From: Squalus acanthias
Taxonomy: Eukaryota
Assembly: GCA_030390025.1 (NCBI GenBank)
Contig: CM059432.1
Coordinates: 143,904,001-143,968,000 of the forward strand
Direction of reading: 5' to 3'
Length of the DNA: 64,000 bases
The number at the start of each line of letters is the position of its first letter. Within the stretch, counting starts at the first letter, position 1. Below are positions 51,455 through 64,000 of this stretch, piece by piece. Under the pieces are notes generated by a model. That model was not told where the DNA came from and did not search any database. It saw only the letters and a list, made by a program, of their open reading frames with translations. The position numbers were made by a program, and so were the translations under genes.

Positions 51455-51686
51455 AGATGTGGAGAAATTTCTTCACTCAGCGGGTGGTGAATCTTTGGAA
51501 TTCTCTACCCCCAGAGAGCTGTGGATGCTCAGTCATTGAGTATATTCAAGACAGAGGTCGCTAGATTTTTGATATTAAGAGATATGGGGATAGTGCAGGA
51601 AGGTGGAGTGGAGGTCGAAGATCAGCCATGATCTTATTGAATAGCTCGAGGGGCCGTATGGCCTACTCCTGTCCCTATTTCTTATG
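51455..51686 (+). mobile_element. CR1 3' fragment
   Basis: Inverse of 10425-10680. Confidence 0.8.
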
Positions 51687-52562
51687 AATACTCAATTTAA
51701 TTTCCTAACACACAAACTACACAAATTAAGCAGAGAATATCATAAAGAAAACATGTCTTTATGGTAATACCTAAGAAATCACATCAGTGGTAAAAGGTTA
51801 GACCAGTTCTTGCATTGAGGCAGTAAAAAACGACACTGTTGTCACAAGTCCAAGTTAGTTGGAAGATCTCTTGTCCAGAGGGAGAGACCTTTGTTGATGA
51901 AATACCAACAGTTCGTTTTATCCTGTGTGGCGACTGAATGTCTTCCAGCTTGCGTGCGTAAATTGGAGACCCAAATGATAATTCAGTTAAATAATGATTG
52001 TATATATGTACTCGAGAATTAACTGTGCTGGCCCCACAGATAGTCTGAGACCTGGACTGTAGTTCTCATGTTTACCGCAGTCCACACAATCGAAACACCA
52101 CAGCTGTAATATAGCAAATTGACTAAAGCAAAATGTCACAGAACTGACTGAGGTTAAAAGTATTACACAGCTCACTGATACTGAAAAGTACAGGGCACAT
52201 TTTTGTATTATTCTTTACCTACCACGTTACAAAAGCTGCTTAAGATGCAAGCAACTTTATCCCTCGCCATAATCTCTGATCCCAGGTATTTACATTTAAA
52301 AATATTGATCCTCAGTAGTCTGGGCAGGTAATGTTTGTTTAAGGTGCAAACATACTGTACGTGTTAACTTTTCCTTCCTCTCTCTGCAAACTTGCCTTTT
52401 TTCTCAGCTATTCATTTGATTTTAAAAATCCCCCAAATCCCAAGTGGATTTCAGCATAATGTTGCCTCAAATGTCCTCCAGGACCAAGTGCAAACATCAA
52501 TCCTCTCAGCATCAACCCAAAAAATCATAGCGGCCAATTTTAATATTAAATGGCCAATTTTA

Positions 52563-52977
52563 TAGAATCCTAGAGTCTTACAGTACAGAAAGAGGCCATT
52601 CGGCCCATCGTGCCTGTGCCGGCTCTTTGAAAGAGCGATCCAATTAGTCCCACTCCCCCTGCTCTTTCCCCACAGCCCTGCAAATTTTTCCTTTTCAAGT
52701 ATTTCTCCAATTCCCTTTTGAAAGTTACTATTGAATCTGCTTCCACCGCCCTTTCAGGCAGCGCAATCCCGATCACAACAACTCGCTGCATTAAAACAAT
52801 TCTCCTCATCTCCCCTCTGGTTCTTTTGCCAATTATCTTAAATCTGTGTCCTCTGGTTACCGACCCTCCTGCCGGTGGAAACAGTTTCTCCTTATTTACT
52901 CTATCAAAACCCCTCATGATCTTGAACATCTCTATTAAATCTCCCTTTAACCTTCTCTGCTCTAAGGAGAACAATCC
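52563..52977 (-). mobile_element. CR1 3' fragment
   Basis: FSLEQRRLKGDLIEMFKIM plus the 3' UTR. Confidence 0.88.
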
Positions 52978-53351
52978 ATAGGAATATGTTTAGTGCTTTC
53001 CTTAATTTTAGTTTTTCTTGCATTAAATGTTATTGTTATTGGTTACATTTGAAGTGAGTGAAGAAAGAAAAAGGAGCTGAACACTGATCAGAAATTATTT
53101 GAAGGATTTGATTGGCGTGTTTGTGGTAGTTACTGGTTTTAGATCACTTGTTTTGAAGAAAAAATTGATCAACTTTGATGTGTGGTTGCTCATTGCTGAT
53201 TGGAAGCTTCCTTGTGTGTCCGCTATGTAGAACTGGATTTTGATGGCTTTGCATTGATCCAGTGGGATATTTGAGCCAATCCAATTGCCGAATTTACACA
53301 GCATGTACAGCACAGAAACAGGCCATTCGGCCCAACTGGTCCGTGCCGCTG

Positions 53352-54545
53352 TAACATACGAACAATGGCGGACAGGGAAAGACCCCCTGGTCCGTCGAGC
53401 CTGTCCCACAAAATTGCGATACCTTGTGTATCACAACATATACACTCTCCACCCCACCCCAAACCATGGGATCTCCTGGGAGAGGCTAAAAAACAGATTT
53501 AAAAATCCAAGCCAATTTGGGAAACAAAAATCTGGGAAATTCCTCTCCGACGCATCTAGGCGATCGAAACTAGTCCAGGAGGTCACTCTGGCCCTGAATT
53601 CCCTGCAGTGCCCACCATCTGTAAGAGGTGATCTCCGCCCCAGCCAGAAACAGGTCCAGCTCTCGCTTGAAGGAATTCAGTGAATCAGCATCCACTGCAC
53701 GAGCAAGCAGCCTGTTCCAGGGGTCCACTATTCTCTGGGAAAAGAACCACCTCCTGACATCTAACCTAGATCTGGCCTTATACAACTTAAATTTGTGACC
53801 CCTGGTCCTCCCTAACCTATTTGTTGAAACAAACTGTTAACTGGAACACAATCTATTCCCTTCATTATCTTATAAACCTCAATCAGATCCCCCCCTAAGT
53901 CTACGCTTCTCTAAAGTGTAGAGTCTTAACTCTTTTAGCCTGTCTTGATAACTAAGATGCTTTAAACTGGGAATTAGTCGAGTGGCTCCTCCTCTGCACT
54001 CTCTCCAAAGCCTCAATATCACCCACCATGTGAGGAGACCAAAACTGTACGCAGTATTTCAAATGCGGTCTGACTAAGGTCTTGTACAAAGACAAAATAG
54101 TATGGCTCGTCTTATACTCAATTGTCCTGTGGATACACCCCAACACCCTATTTGCTCCAGCTATCGCTTCACGGCATTGCTCATGTCCCTTTAAAGATGT
54201 ATGCACTGGAATGCCCAAATCTCTTTCTATCTCCACCTTCTTTAATGCTTTTCCCTGAAGGGTGTATGAATGTTGAGTATTTGCCCTGCCCACATGCATT
54301 ACACTGCATTATCTAAGTTATACATCATTTTCCAGTCATGAGCTCAATCTCCCAACATATTAAGATCTGCCTGAAGCAGACGAGCATCGTTTACAGTCCT
54401 GGCACTCGCACAGATCTTGGTATCATCGGCAAATTTGCAGATCATGCCCCCAACACCTACATCCAGATCATTAATAAAAATAGTAAAAAGCAACGGTCCC
54501 AACACCGATCCCTGCGGGACACCACTGGTGACCGGTCTCCAAACA
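53352..54545 (-). mobile_element. CR1 subfamily with long 3' UTR, inserted into another CR1 3' fragment (53300-53351 + 54632-54950)
   Basis: GVPQGSVLGP, FADDTK and LVRPHLKYCVQFWSP motifs. The 3' UTR is shared with 56845-57290. Confidence 0.85.
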
Positions 54546-55893
54546 GATCTCATCGCTCTCTGGTGTGTGGAAACTGTTTCTCTTTCTTTACTTCATCAAA
54601 ATTAATCATGATTTTGAACACCTCTATCAAATGTTTCTGCTCCACACGAGCCTCCTCCCACCCCTCTTCATCTCACCCCATCAGCATATCCTTCTATTCC
54701 TTCCTCCCTCATGTGTTTGTCTAGCTTCCCCTTAAATGTACCCACGCTATTTGCCTCAACCACTCGTTGTGGTAGCAAGTTCCGAATTCTCACCGCTCTC
54801 TGGTGTGTGGAAACTGTTTCTCTTTATTTACTTCGTCAAAACCATTCATGATTTTGAACACCTCCTATCAAATCTCTGCTCTAAGGAGAACAACCCCAGC
54901 TTCTCCAGTCTCTCCACGTTATCCCCAGTACCATTCTAGTAAATCTCCTCTAGCGAAAGAGAAGAAAGTAGCAGTTTTCTGTCTTGTTTCAAGTGCCACT
55001 GGTGAAAGGTGGTTCATTTCAGGAGTGAGCTGTGACCTGGAGAGCAGGGTTGGTGGTCGTGAGATCAGCAGTTCCTGCACTGATGGTTGGGTACTGGGGA
55101 GTGCGAGTGCGAGAAGCCCGCTGTAGCTGCGGGTCTCCGGGATTAAAGTGTTGGGTTTGAGTTTCCCTTGTTGCGCTTCTGAAATCCCCTCCTGACTCCA
55201 CAAAGGAATGTTTTGCACCTAACTCGGCCACCTGTTTTGTCTGCAGACCAGCCTCAGGCGGGCGGGAATTCCTGCTCTGGATCCCGGGGTAAATGCCATC
55301 AGGGTTCCATTGACATAACAGGACACCGAGTGGCCTACATTCATTATCTGTAAAGCCCCGCCTGCAGGACCCAGCAGGTTAAAAGGGGACGTGGTGTGAA
55401 AGTTCGAGCGAGTAAGTGACCTGCTAACCCAGTCTGATTCTGCTGGGCGGGAAGAGTTAAAATGAACCCTATGTTGTATATTGGCAGGGTCGCACGGCGC
55501 TTTAACTCTACAGATAAGAGTACGGCTTCCTGTGGACGTGCTAAAAGCAGATAATGTTCCATCCAAGTCACAGGGGGTCACCTCATGCTTTCCAAGAATT
55601 ATTGCACACTGAATCCCTCGGTAATGACAGTGTGATAGCAGGGAAAACATTTCCTGGATTCGGTAGCAACTAATCCCACATCGGCTTCTGTTACAACCTC
55701 CAGACTCTCGAGGCTCCCCCAGTCTGAATTGCAGCTCCTCTGGCTCTGTGGCCACTTTCAGTCAGTGTGGGCCTCTCTGGGTGGCCGTCGAATATTGGGG
55801 GTAATTGCCCCAGTGCCTGTGGCAATGGGGATCCTCAGCCACTAACATCAGGGGGTGAGGTTCTGCGTGCACTCAGACAATTACCCCCGTCGG

Positions 55894-56157
55894 CCGGGTT
55901 GCCAACTCTGGTTGGACATATTCCTGGAGGTTTCATCACATGACCCCCGCCCCACCCCGCCCCGTCAAACAGCCTTTCTTTTACCATCTGCAATATTTTT
56001 ACGACTAATAAACAAAAGTGTTCAAAGAAAATGAGAAAAGCAGATAGTTCCCCAATGATTTTTCTCCTGGGTTTTTTTGCTGGCAGCAGTGGCCGCCGGA
56101 GATTCATCTGTAATTCCTGGAGACTCCAGGATAATCCTGGTGGGTTGGCAACCCCTA
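55894..56157. mobile_element. hAT-like MITE
   Basis: gggttgccaac...gttggcaaccc inverted ends; 8-bp flanks cccgtcgg/cccacagg match partially. Confidence 0.65.
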
Positions 56158-56171
56158 CCCACAGGGGTAGA

Positions 56172-56600
56172 TGAATCATAGAATAGTACAACGCAGATGG
56201 AGGCCATTCGGCCCATCGAGTCTGCACCGGCTCTTTCGAAGAGCGATCCGGTTAGTCCCACTCCCCCGCTCTTTCCCCAGATCCCTGCAATTTTTTCTCC
56301 TTCAAGTATTTATCCAATTCCCTTTTGAAGGCTACTATTGAATTTGTATCCACCGCCCTATCAGGCAGCGCATTTCAAATCCTGACCACTCGTTGCGTAA
56401 AAACGTTTTCCCTCATGTCGCCTTTGGTTCTTTTGCCAATCACCTTAAATCTCTGCCCTCTGGTTATCAACCCTTCAGCCATTGGAAACAGTTTCTCTTT
56501 ATTTACTCGATCTAAACCCTTCGCGATTTTAAACATTTCTATCAAATGTCCTCTTAACCTTCTCTGCTCCAAGGAGAACAACCCTAGCTTCTCCAGTCTG
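56172..56600 (-). mobile_element. CR1 3' fragment
   Basis: Similar to 52563-52977. Confidence 0.88.
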
Positions 56601-56844
56601 GCGGGAGGGGGGTTTCGCATCTACCCCCATCAATCCAACGGAAAAACGGTGTAAATGACCATTACACCAATACGCCGGGTCTTCCATCGAAGCGGGAGAT
56701 CGGGAGATCCACTGCGGGCATTCTACCCCATTATCTTTCCTTTACTTGCCTTCTAGACTACAGTAAACCTTTCCTGGGCCTCCCAGCAAGTGCTTCTGTT
56801 AATGGAGACAGCATTCAGACTCCTTGTTCCTCTCAGGCCTGGTT

Positions 56845-57290
56845 ACGAACATACGAACAATGACGGACAGGTAAAGACCCTCTGGTCCATCCAGCCTGTC
56901 CCACACAATTGCAATACCTCGTGTATCACAATATATACACTGTCCACTCCACCCGAAACCATGCGATCTCCCGAGAGAGGTGAAAAAACCCCAGGCCAAT
57001 TTCGGGGGGGAAAATTCTGGGAAATTCCTCTCCGACCCATTGAAACTAGTCCAGAAGATCAACCCGGCCCTGAATTCCTTCAAGTACCTACCTTTTGTAA
57101 GAGGTGATGTCCGCTCCAACCAGAAACAGGTCCAGCTCTAGCTTGAAGAAATTCAGCGAATCGACGTCCACCGCATGAGATGGCAGCCTGTTCGAGGTCC
57201 ACTATTCTCTGCGGCAAGAACCACCTCCTGACATCTAACCTAGATCTAGCCTTGTACAACTTAAAATTGTGACCCCTGGTCCTCCCTGAT
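56845..57290 (-). mobile_element. 3' end of the long-UTR CR1 subfamily
   Basis: Collinear with 53352-53812. Confidence 0.85.
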
Positions 57291-57344
57291 ACCTGGAGCG
57301 AGGCACTTTGTTCCTGTGCCAGTAATTGCCCTTCTCTTAGACAA

Positions 57345-57928
57345 CAACAAGATCATCTTGCATTTATATAGCATCTGTAACATTGTAAAATGTCCCAAGG
57401 TGCTTCACGGGAGTGTTCTCCGACACAATTTGACAGCGAGCCACAGAAGAAGATATCCGGACAGGTGACCAAAAGCTTGGTCAAAGAGGTAGGTTTAAAG
57501 GAGGAGAGCGAGGTGGAGAGGCGGGGAGGTTTAGGGAGGTAATTTCGGAGCTTAGGGCCCAGGCAGTTGAAGGCGCAGCCACCAATGGCAGAGCGATTAA
57601 AATCGGGGATGCTCAAGAGGCCAGAATTGGAGGAGCGCAGATATCTTGGAGGGTTGTAGGGCTGGAGGAGGTTACAGAGATCGGGAGGGGTGAGGCCATG
57701 GAGGGATTTGAAAACAAGTATGAGAATTTTAAAATTGAGGTGTTGCTGGACTTGGAGCCAGTGTAGGTCAGTGAGTACAGGGGTGATTGGTGAATGGGAC
57801 TTGGTGCGAGTTAGGATACGGACAGCAGAGTTTTGGATGAGTTCAAGTTTATGGAGGGTGGAAGATGGGAGGCCGGCCAGGAGAGCGTTGGAATAGTCGA
57901 GTCTAGAGGTACAAGGGCATGGATGAGG
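57345..57928 (-). mobile_element. L2 3' fragment with 35-bp flanking duplication
   Basis: Inverse of 30780-31370. Flanks 57310-57344 and 57929-57963 differ at 2 positions. Confidence 0.88.
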
Positions 57929-58683
57929 GTTCCTGTGCCAGCAATTGCCCTTCTCTTAAACAATGCCTTCCCTGTGATGAGAGCCTCCGCTGACTCCGTG
58001 ACAAACACACCTCGTACATTATATCGCACGTTTCCGATTAGCTCACCTGCATCACTGCCCACCTGCTGTGTCATAGGGATCAGGAGGCCCATTTCCCGTT
58101 AGACACCCCGTCCATATACACCCTCTGCCAATGATGAATTTCACCCCCAAAGTCTTATGTTTGTCATTCACATACAGTTGATTTTGGAACATTGGGGTGG
58201 AAGAGGCACATTAACTGCAGAGCTGCCTACACATGTGGGAAATACTGTTGGGTTTTAATGGGACAGGATGTGAGAGTGGAGATGTCACATTTCGGGATTC
58301 GTGAGTGGTTGGTGTAGAAGTGATATTTGGTTTAAGCTACAATTTGGTTTTGATCGGACGTCGTCAACTCAAGATTAAGCTTCGAATCCACATCATTCCA
58401 GCTCCTTTATTCAGCAGAGAAGATGGGTGCAGCCATTTAAACAGTTTGGGCCAGGTGTCTCACTGGGTCCTCTGGAATAGAATGGGGCAGCCATTGAAAC
58501 TGTTATCTTTATCACGTTGAGATAAATTGATGTCGTTAACACATTCAGATGGTTCCAGATTGTGTTCACACCTGGTACATTGAAAAGCTGTCCTGCCTGT
58601 GAGCTCAGCAAATGTTGTCCAGCAGAAATTCACTCCTGGGAGGGCAGTAACCGGGATGGTGTGGCATCCTTTGTTTTTGTATC

Positions 58684-59513
58684 CTTCCTTCTTAGGCAGT
58701 CCCTCGGAACCGAGGATGACTTGCTTCCACATTAAAAGTGAGTTCTCAGGTGACTGATGAGTCCAATGCGGGACCTACAGTCTCTGTCACAGGTGGGGCA
58801 GACGGTGGTTGAAGGGGCGGATGGGTGGGGTGCTTGGGTTGACGTGCGCTCCTTGCGCTGCTTGCGCTTGGCTTCCGCTTGCTCCCGGCGAAGAGACTCG
58901 AAGTGTTCGGCACCTTCCCGGATGCTTCTCCTCCACTTTGTGCGGTCTTGGGCCAGGGATTCCCAGGTGTCGGTGGGGATGTTACACTTTTTCAAGGAGG
59001 CTTTCAGGGTGTCCTTGAAACGTTTCCTCTGCCCACCTGGGGCTCTCTTGCCGTGCCGGAGCTCCGAGTAGAGCACTTGTTTTGGGAGTCTTGTATCGGG
59101 CATGCGGACAATGTGACCCGTCCATCGGAGCTGATCGAGCGTGGTCAAAGCTTCGATGCTGGGGATGTTGGCCTGAGCAAGAACACTGACGTTGGTGCGC
59201 CTATCCTGCCAATGGATTTGCAGGATCTTGCGGAGGCAGAGTTGGTGGTACCTCTCCAGTGCTACTTCTCCAGTGCTTTGAGGTGCCTGCTGTACATGGT
59301 CCATGTCTCTGAGGCATACAGCAGGGCGGGTATCACTGCTGCTCTGTAGACCATGAGCTTAGTGCCGGGTTTGAGGTCCAGGTCTTCAAACACTCTCTTC
59401 CTCAGGCGACCGAAGGCTGCACTGGCACACTGAAGGCGGTGTTGGACTTCATCATCGACGTCTGCCCTTGTTGACAGTAGGCTCCCGAGGTATGGAAAGT
59501 GGTCCACGTTGTC
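58684..59513 (-). mobile_element. 5'-truncated RTE-clade LINE, same family as 15194
   Basis: Nearly identical to 15194-16012 by eye, with a small internal duplication at ~59251-59280. Confidence 0.93.
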
Positions 59514-59529
59514 AGGAGAAGTACATACT

Positions 59530-59982
59530 GAGGCTAAAAGAGTTAAATTATGAGGAAATGTTGTATTGTGTATTCCTTTTGAATAGAGAAGATTAAGGGG
59601 TGATCTAATTGAAGTGTTTAAGATGATTAAAGGATTTGATAGGGTAGAGAGAGAGAAACTATTTCCTCTGGTGGGGGGAGTCCAGAACAAGGGGGCACAA
59701 TCTTAAAATTAGAGCCAGGCCGTTCAGGGGTGATGTCAGGAAGCACTTCTTCACACAGAGGGTCGGGGAAATCTGGAACTCTCTCCCTGAAAAAGACTGT
59801 TGAGGCTGGGAGTCGATTGAAAATTTCAAAACTGAAACTGATAGATTTTTGTGGGCAAGGGTATTAAGGGTTACGGAACCAAGGCAGGTAGATGGAGCTA
59901 AGATACCGATCAGTCATGATCTAATTTGATTGGCGGAACAGGCTTGAGGGGCTGAATGGCCTCCCCCTGTTCCTATGTTCTT
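59530..59982 (+). mobile_element. CR1 3' fragment
   Basis: agattaaggggtgatctaattgaagtgtttaag... with a ttcctatgttctt tail. Confidence 0.85.
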
Positions 59983-60944
59983 AAATTTAAGGAAGGTAAA
60001 ATTTTCTAAGTCCGTTACTCTGCGTTCACTTACCGACTGAAATGAAGCAGCTTTGATGAGTCGTAAGTGGCTCTGTCTCACTAAAGTGTTCATGAATTTG
60101 TCTTTGGGAAGATTGGAGAAATGCAGATGAGAGATTGCAGTATCCATTTGATATAACATGGCGGCTTTCATTGTTGGGCCCCTGATATTGGGCAGTAAAG
60201 GTAATCTCCTGATCGTGAGGAACAGAGGATTGCTTACGGGAGCGACCCGGTGATGCTGAACCCGAGCGAGTATCCAGATCAAACAATAGTTGATGAGGGA
60301 CCTTCACTGTGTCCTCTGATCCCCTTAGGGTCAGAGGAGTTCTGAAGGTATCGCCATTCCTTTATACCTTTTCTTTACCCTGTGTTCCTTTTCCGGCTGG
60401 GCATCTCAAGAAGGAGATGGAAGTCTTAGTCAACTTTACATCTGAAGGAAGAATGAAAATTTAGCCATGTTCCCGAGCCCCAGAGACATGCCTGAGAATA
60501 AGGCGAGGGAAGCAAATAGTAATATAGCCACATGACAGTGGAAAAGATGGGATGGCGGTGCGGGGAGAGGACAAGAATTGGGGGTGGCGGGGGGGAGGGC
60601 GTTGGGAGGGGTGGTAATGAAAGAAAGACTTTCTTTGCCACGACTGACGCAAAGTACAAACTAGCGGTCCGTTGGGCTGGGAGTCTCTCACGTGTACTTG
60701 TTGCTCTCAGTATTCCAAGAAAGAATGGCCACTTAACTGGTGGTCAACACCATGCAGCTTCCAAGAGCAAGTCAGTAAGACACCCTCCTCTGCCAAGGGT
60801 CCAAAGGAATGTTGATGGGCAGAGCAGAGCAATGGATTGGATTCAATGGTGAGGCTGAGATTCAACGGTCATTTCATGGCCAGGACTGATATTTATGGAG
60901 GAGAAGGAACTTAATAACTTGTAACTTTTATGTCTCTAGCACTA

Positions 60945-61299
60945 CAGGAAACTATTTCGTATCCGGCACCGATGGGACCGGGATGGTGCCGGTTGATTAA
61001 AAATTCCGGATAACAGAGAGGTATATCTACCGAGGCTATTTTTAACAAACAAAAATTAAAAAATCAAGAAATGTGCAGTATAATTGGGTACTCCCCTACA
61101 GAATGTTGTGTTAAATGGATGGTGGAAGATGCTTGATTAAGTACAGTACTGCCAGTTGAGGGTAATCCATAACTCTTTAATTACTTAACAGTAAAACAAA
61201 ACTTATAAACGACTGTATACTGTAGTTTTTGGAGTATGAATTCTGCCGGTTATTAGAGAATTCCGGATATTTAGGTGCCGTTTAAACGAGAGTTTCCTG
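60945..61299. mobile_element. Tc1/mariner (pogo/Tigger-like) MITE, inverted relative to 24963
   Basis: TA|CAGGAAAC...GTTTCCTG|TA ends; 60945-61090 is the reverse complement of ~25190-25342. Confidence 0.88.
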
Positions 61300-62369
61300 T
61301 AATTGGTTTTCGAAACATGCTCTGTGCTTACAGCAATTCCATTGCTTTTGAGATTGGTCCCATTCAGCAACGTCCTCCTCTAAATGTGCGCAGTCTGGTT
61401 AATTAAGAAGAAACTGGGGATGATTGATGCATTAAGAGCAGCTCATACAGCCACACACGAACACTGGACAAGACACAGACTGGATAATATACCTTGAGGG
61501 CTTGTTCTGGATGAATTCTCATAAACCTGCACTGTATTAATGTGTGAGGTCACGCTGTAATTTGGGAGCCTCCGACATTGAAATCGCTCAAATCATAGAA
61601 TGGGAGTGAGCAACATACTGCCACAAGAGGAGAGTTTTCCTAGTCTTGCGTACCTCACCGATCTTTTCTCGAAACCCACCTTCATTCTGTACACTGCGAT
61701 CACCATCACGTTGACTGATGCTGCAGGAAGCCTGAAGGGGAGGAGCGAACAAGAACCAGGGTGAAGGATAACGACGGGGGAATGGAGGAAGGTTTAGGAG
61801 ACGAGCCTCCCAATCGTTGTACGCAGTAAAATGAGAGAAGCCTAACTCACTATCCCCAGAACACATCCCTATAGAGGAAGAGGCGAGATGTGGCCTCTTT
61901 CGTGGGTGGATTCGAGATCTGGAGATTGCTCCACGCTACTTGTTCCATTTGGAATGAACATCAGGACCCAATTATTTTACATTCAGAAAACTATTTTAAA
62001 TATTGGTGAAAGTTAAGTATTGTATGGCTCTTTACCTGCTGTTTTATTTTTGCTTCTGTATAAATCTATCCTACTAAAAAAAATGTGTTTCAAAGTTTAG
62101 CCTGAAATATATGGTCAGTCTGTGTGGTATTTCGCTCTGTATCAGTGAGATCAGGAGAGTACAGTTGACCATATAGCTCAGAACTTGAGAAATGGGTCAT
62201 TGTTAATTCTGCAGCACAGCAACCCATTCACTGCATATATGAAATATATATAAGTAGTGGGCCTGCTTATGGAAACCCCCTTGATGCTGTGACCATGAAT
62301 AAAGAGAATTGGGATAATTGTAACCTGCAACTCAATGAAAGAGTTTATTTATTTTTTAATTGCTTGCAC

Positions 62370-62615
62370 AACTCCGATTTTAATCGCTCCACCATTGGCG
62401 GCCGTGCCTTCAGCTGCCTGGGCCCTCAGTTTTGGAATTCCCTCCCTAAACCCCCCCTCTCCTTTTTAAGAAGCTTCTCAAACGCTATCTCTTTCACCTG
62501 TCCTAATATCTCCTTATGTGGCTCGGCATCAAATGTTGTCTAATAATCGTTCCTATGAAGCGCCTTGGGATGTTTTACTACGTTAAAGGTGCTATATAAA
62601 TGAACAAGTTGTTGT
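62370..62615 (+). mobile_element. L2 3'-end fragment
   Basis: Matches 31100-31375. Confidence 0.85.
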
Positions 62616-63747
62616 GGAGCTGGGAATCGAAGTATCCGATCCACGGTAGCAAATCCTAGGAGCTTGGGCAACCTCTAGCCAGCGGCCCTAAAGCATAATG
62701 TAGGAGCAACAAGCGGTAGTTGAGCGACACGATTAAAGAATGAGAATTTTGGGCCAATTCAGTAGAATCTGTCTTCCCTTTGATGTGAATTACTGCAAAT
62801 TTGCTGAGTGCAGAATGATTCACTGGGCTTCTGGCATGGCCATACTCGAGGATGCTCTGATTGTAAACAAAAAAGAATTCCGCACAGATGGAAAAGCTGA
62901 GCCCGGTAAAGGAAGATTTGAAGATATATCTGTGGCTTTGTTTGGACGGCTTGCTTATTGGTTAGAAGGCAACAATGATATTTTGCCAGAATTTGGACTC
63001 TGTTGGTGTCCCCATCACATGACTCACAAGAGATGGCAGTGTTCCTGCTCCACCACCCACTCCCTCCCTGTTACTGGATCATTATATGTTTGGTGTATTG
63101 ATTCAGATGACACAAGACTTCAAAGATTCCTCGGGCTCCTTTCCGCCACCTCCCCCTCCCACCGACTTCCTGTTGTGAAATGTGCCCACCTGAAAACAAA
63201 GTGGAAGTCCTTGATCACAAAGAATTATCTGCGCTTTAACTACACTTTATACTCGTCTCAGCTAATGCTAGAATACGGTAAAAGAAGACTAAGGAACGTT
63301 ACGAATGATCTATTATGTCACTTTGACCAGGTCTACATGGCCTTTGTGGAACAGCTGCCACAAGGGATTAGAAATGTTTTTTTCTCCATATACTAACTAG
63401 GATGAATCAGGAAACATGAGAGACAGAGAGCATGTTAAAAGGCCCATAATGAACTTCAGAGTCCAGAGATGCTCTAACCTAATGATGATAGATCCTTTGC
63501 ATTGCATGCACAATTAATTATTCATGGCAGTAACATCAATAGGCTTTCATTTTGTTTTAAGACCAGTAAGTAACTTGGAAAATTAGATTAGTGTACAAGT
63601 GTTGTCAGAAGTATTTAATTTGTTAAGACATCCCGTAAAAAAGTGCCTAAAAATAGTACAATTCAGGCAAAGAATTGCTTTCGCAGAAACCCCTTTTGAA
63701 CGTTCCATTCTGCCTAATATGAACTGTTTGCATTTGTTGTCTTTAGA

Positions 63748-64000
63748 AAGAAAGAACTTGCATTTATATAGCACCTTTCACGTCCTCAGGATGTCCCAAA
63801 GCGCTTTAAAGCCAATGAAGTACTTTTGAAGTGGAGTCACTGTTATAATGTCGGGAAACGCGGCAGCCAATTTGCACACAGCAAGGTCCCACAAACAGCA
63901 ATGAGATAAGTGACCAGATACTCTGTTTTTGTGGTGTTGGTTATGGGATAAATATTGGCCAGGACAGCGGGGAGAACTTCCCTGCTCTTCTTTGAAATAT
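63748..64000 (-). mobile_element. Deu-domain SINE running off the window end
   Basis: Matches 2797-3040. Confidence 0.82.

Noticed and set aside
55219..55850. GC-rich block with a 178-aa minus-strand ORF
   Set aside because: No protein similarity recognised. It looks like part of a fragmented non-autonomous DNA element, but I could not define both termini.
62740..63396. 218-aa ORF on the + strand
   Set aside because: No recognisable domain or exon structure; 62990-63170 resembles a decayed copy of the 3645-family LINE, so it is likely a chance open frame.

Overview
Vertebrate nuclear DNA. The repeat set (Deu-domain tRNA-SINEs, CR1, L2, RTE and Penelope-like elements) suggests a cartilaginous fish, which is an inference. 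The only host gene I can support is HERPUD2 on the + strand: seven GT-AG-bounded coding exons (17780-38246) splice into one 369-aa open frame ending ...IPEGPPQVGN*. Its first coding exon (N-terminal part of the Ubl domain) was not found and probably lies upstream of the window. The rest is intron or intergenic DNA dense in transposon relics; most repeat boundaries are approximate, by-eye calls. Two observations stand out. (1) An apparently very young Penelope-type insertion with a 13-bp TSD, a perfect 93-bp inverted repeat and minimal hammerhead-ribozyme motifs on both strands sits about 90 nt upstream of a HERPUD2 exon. (2) An unclassified ~1.7-kb solo-LTR-like element has unusual AGTCA...TGACT ends, repeated enhancer-like motifs, a TATA / splice donor / AATAAA layout and a hairpin dumbbell, and is split at its TATA box by an RTE with a 39-bp TSD. 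I cannot demonstrate a wholly new biological system from sequence alone.
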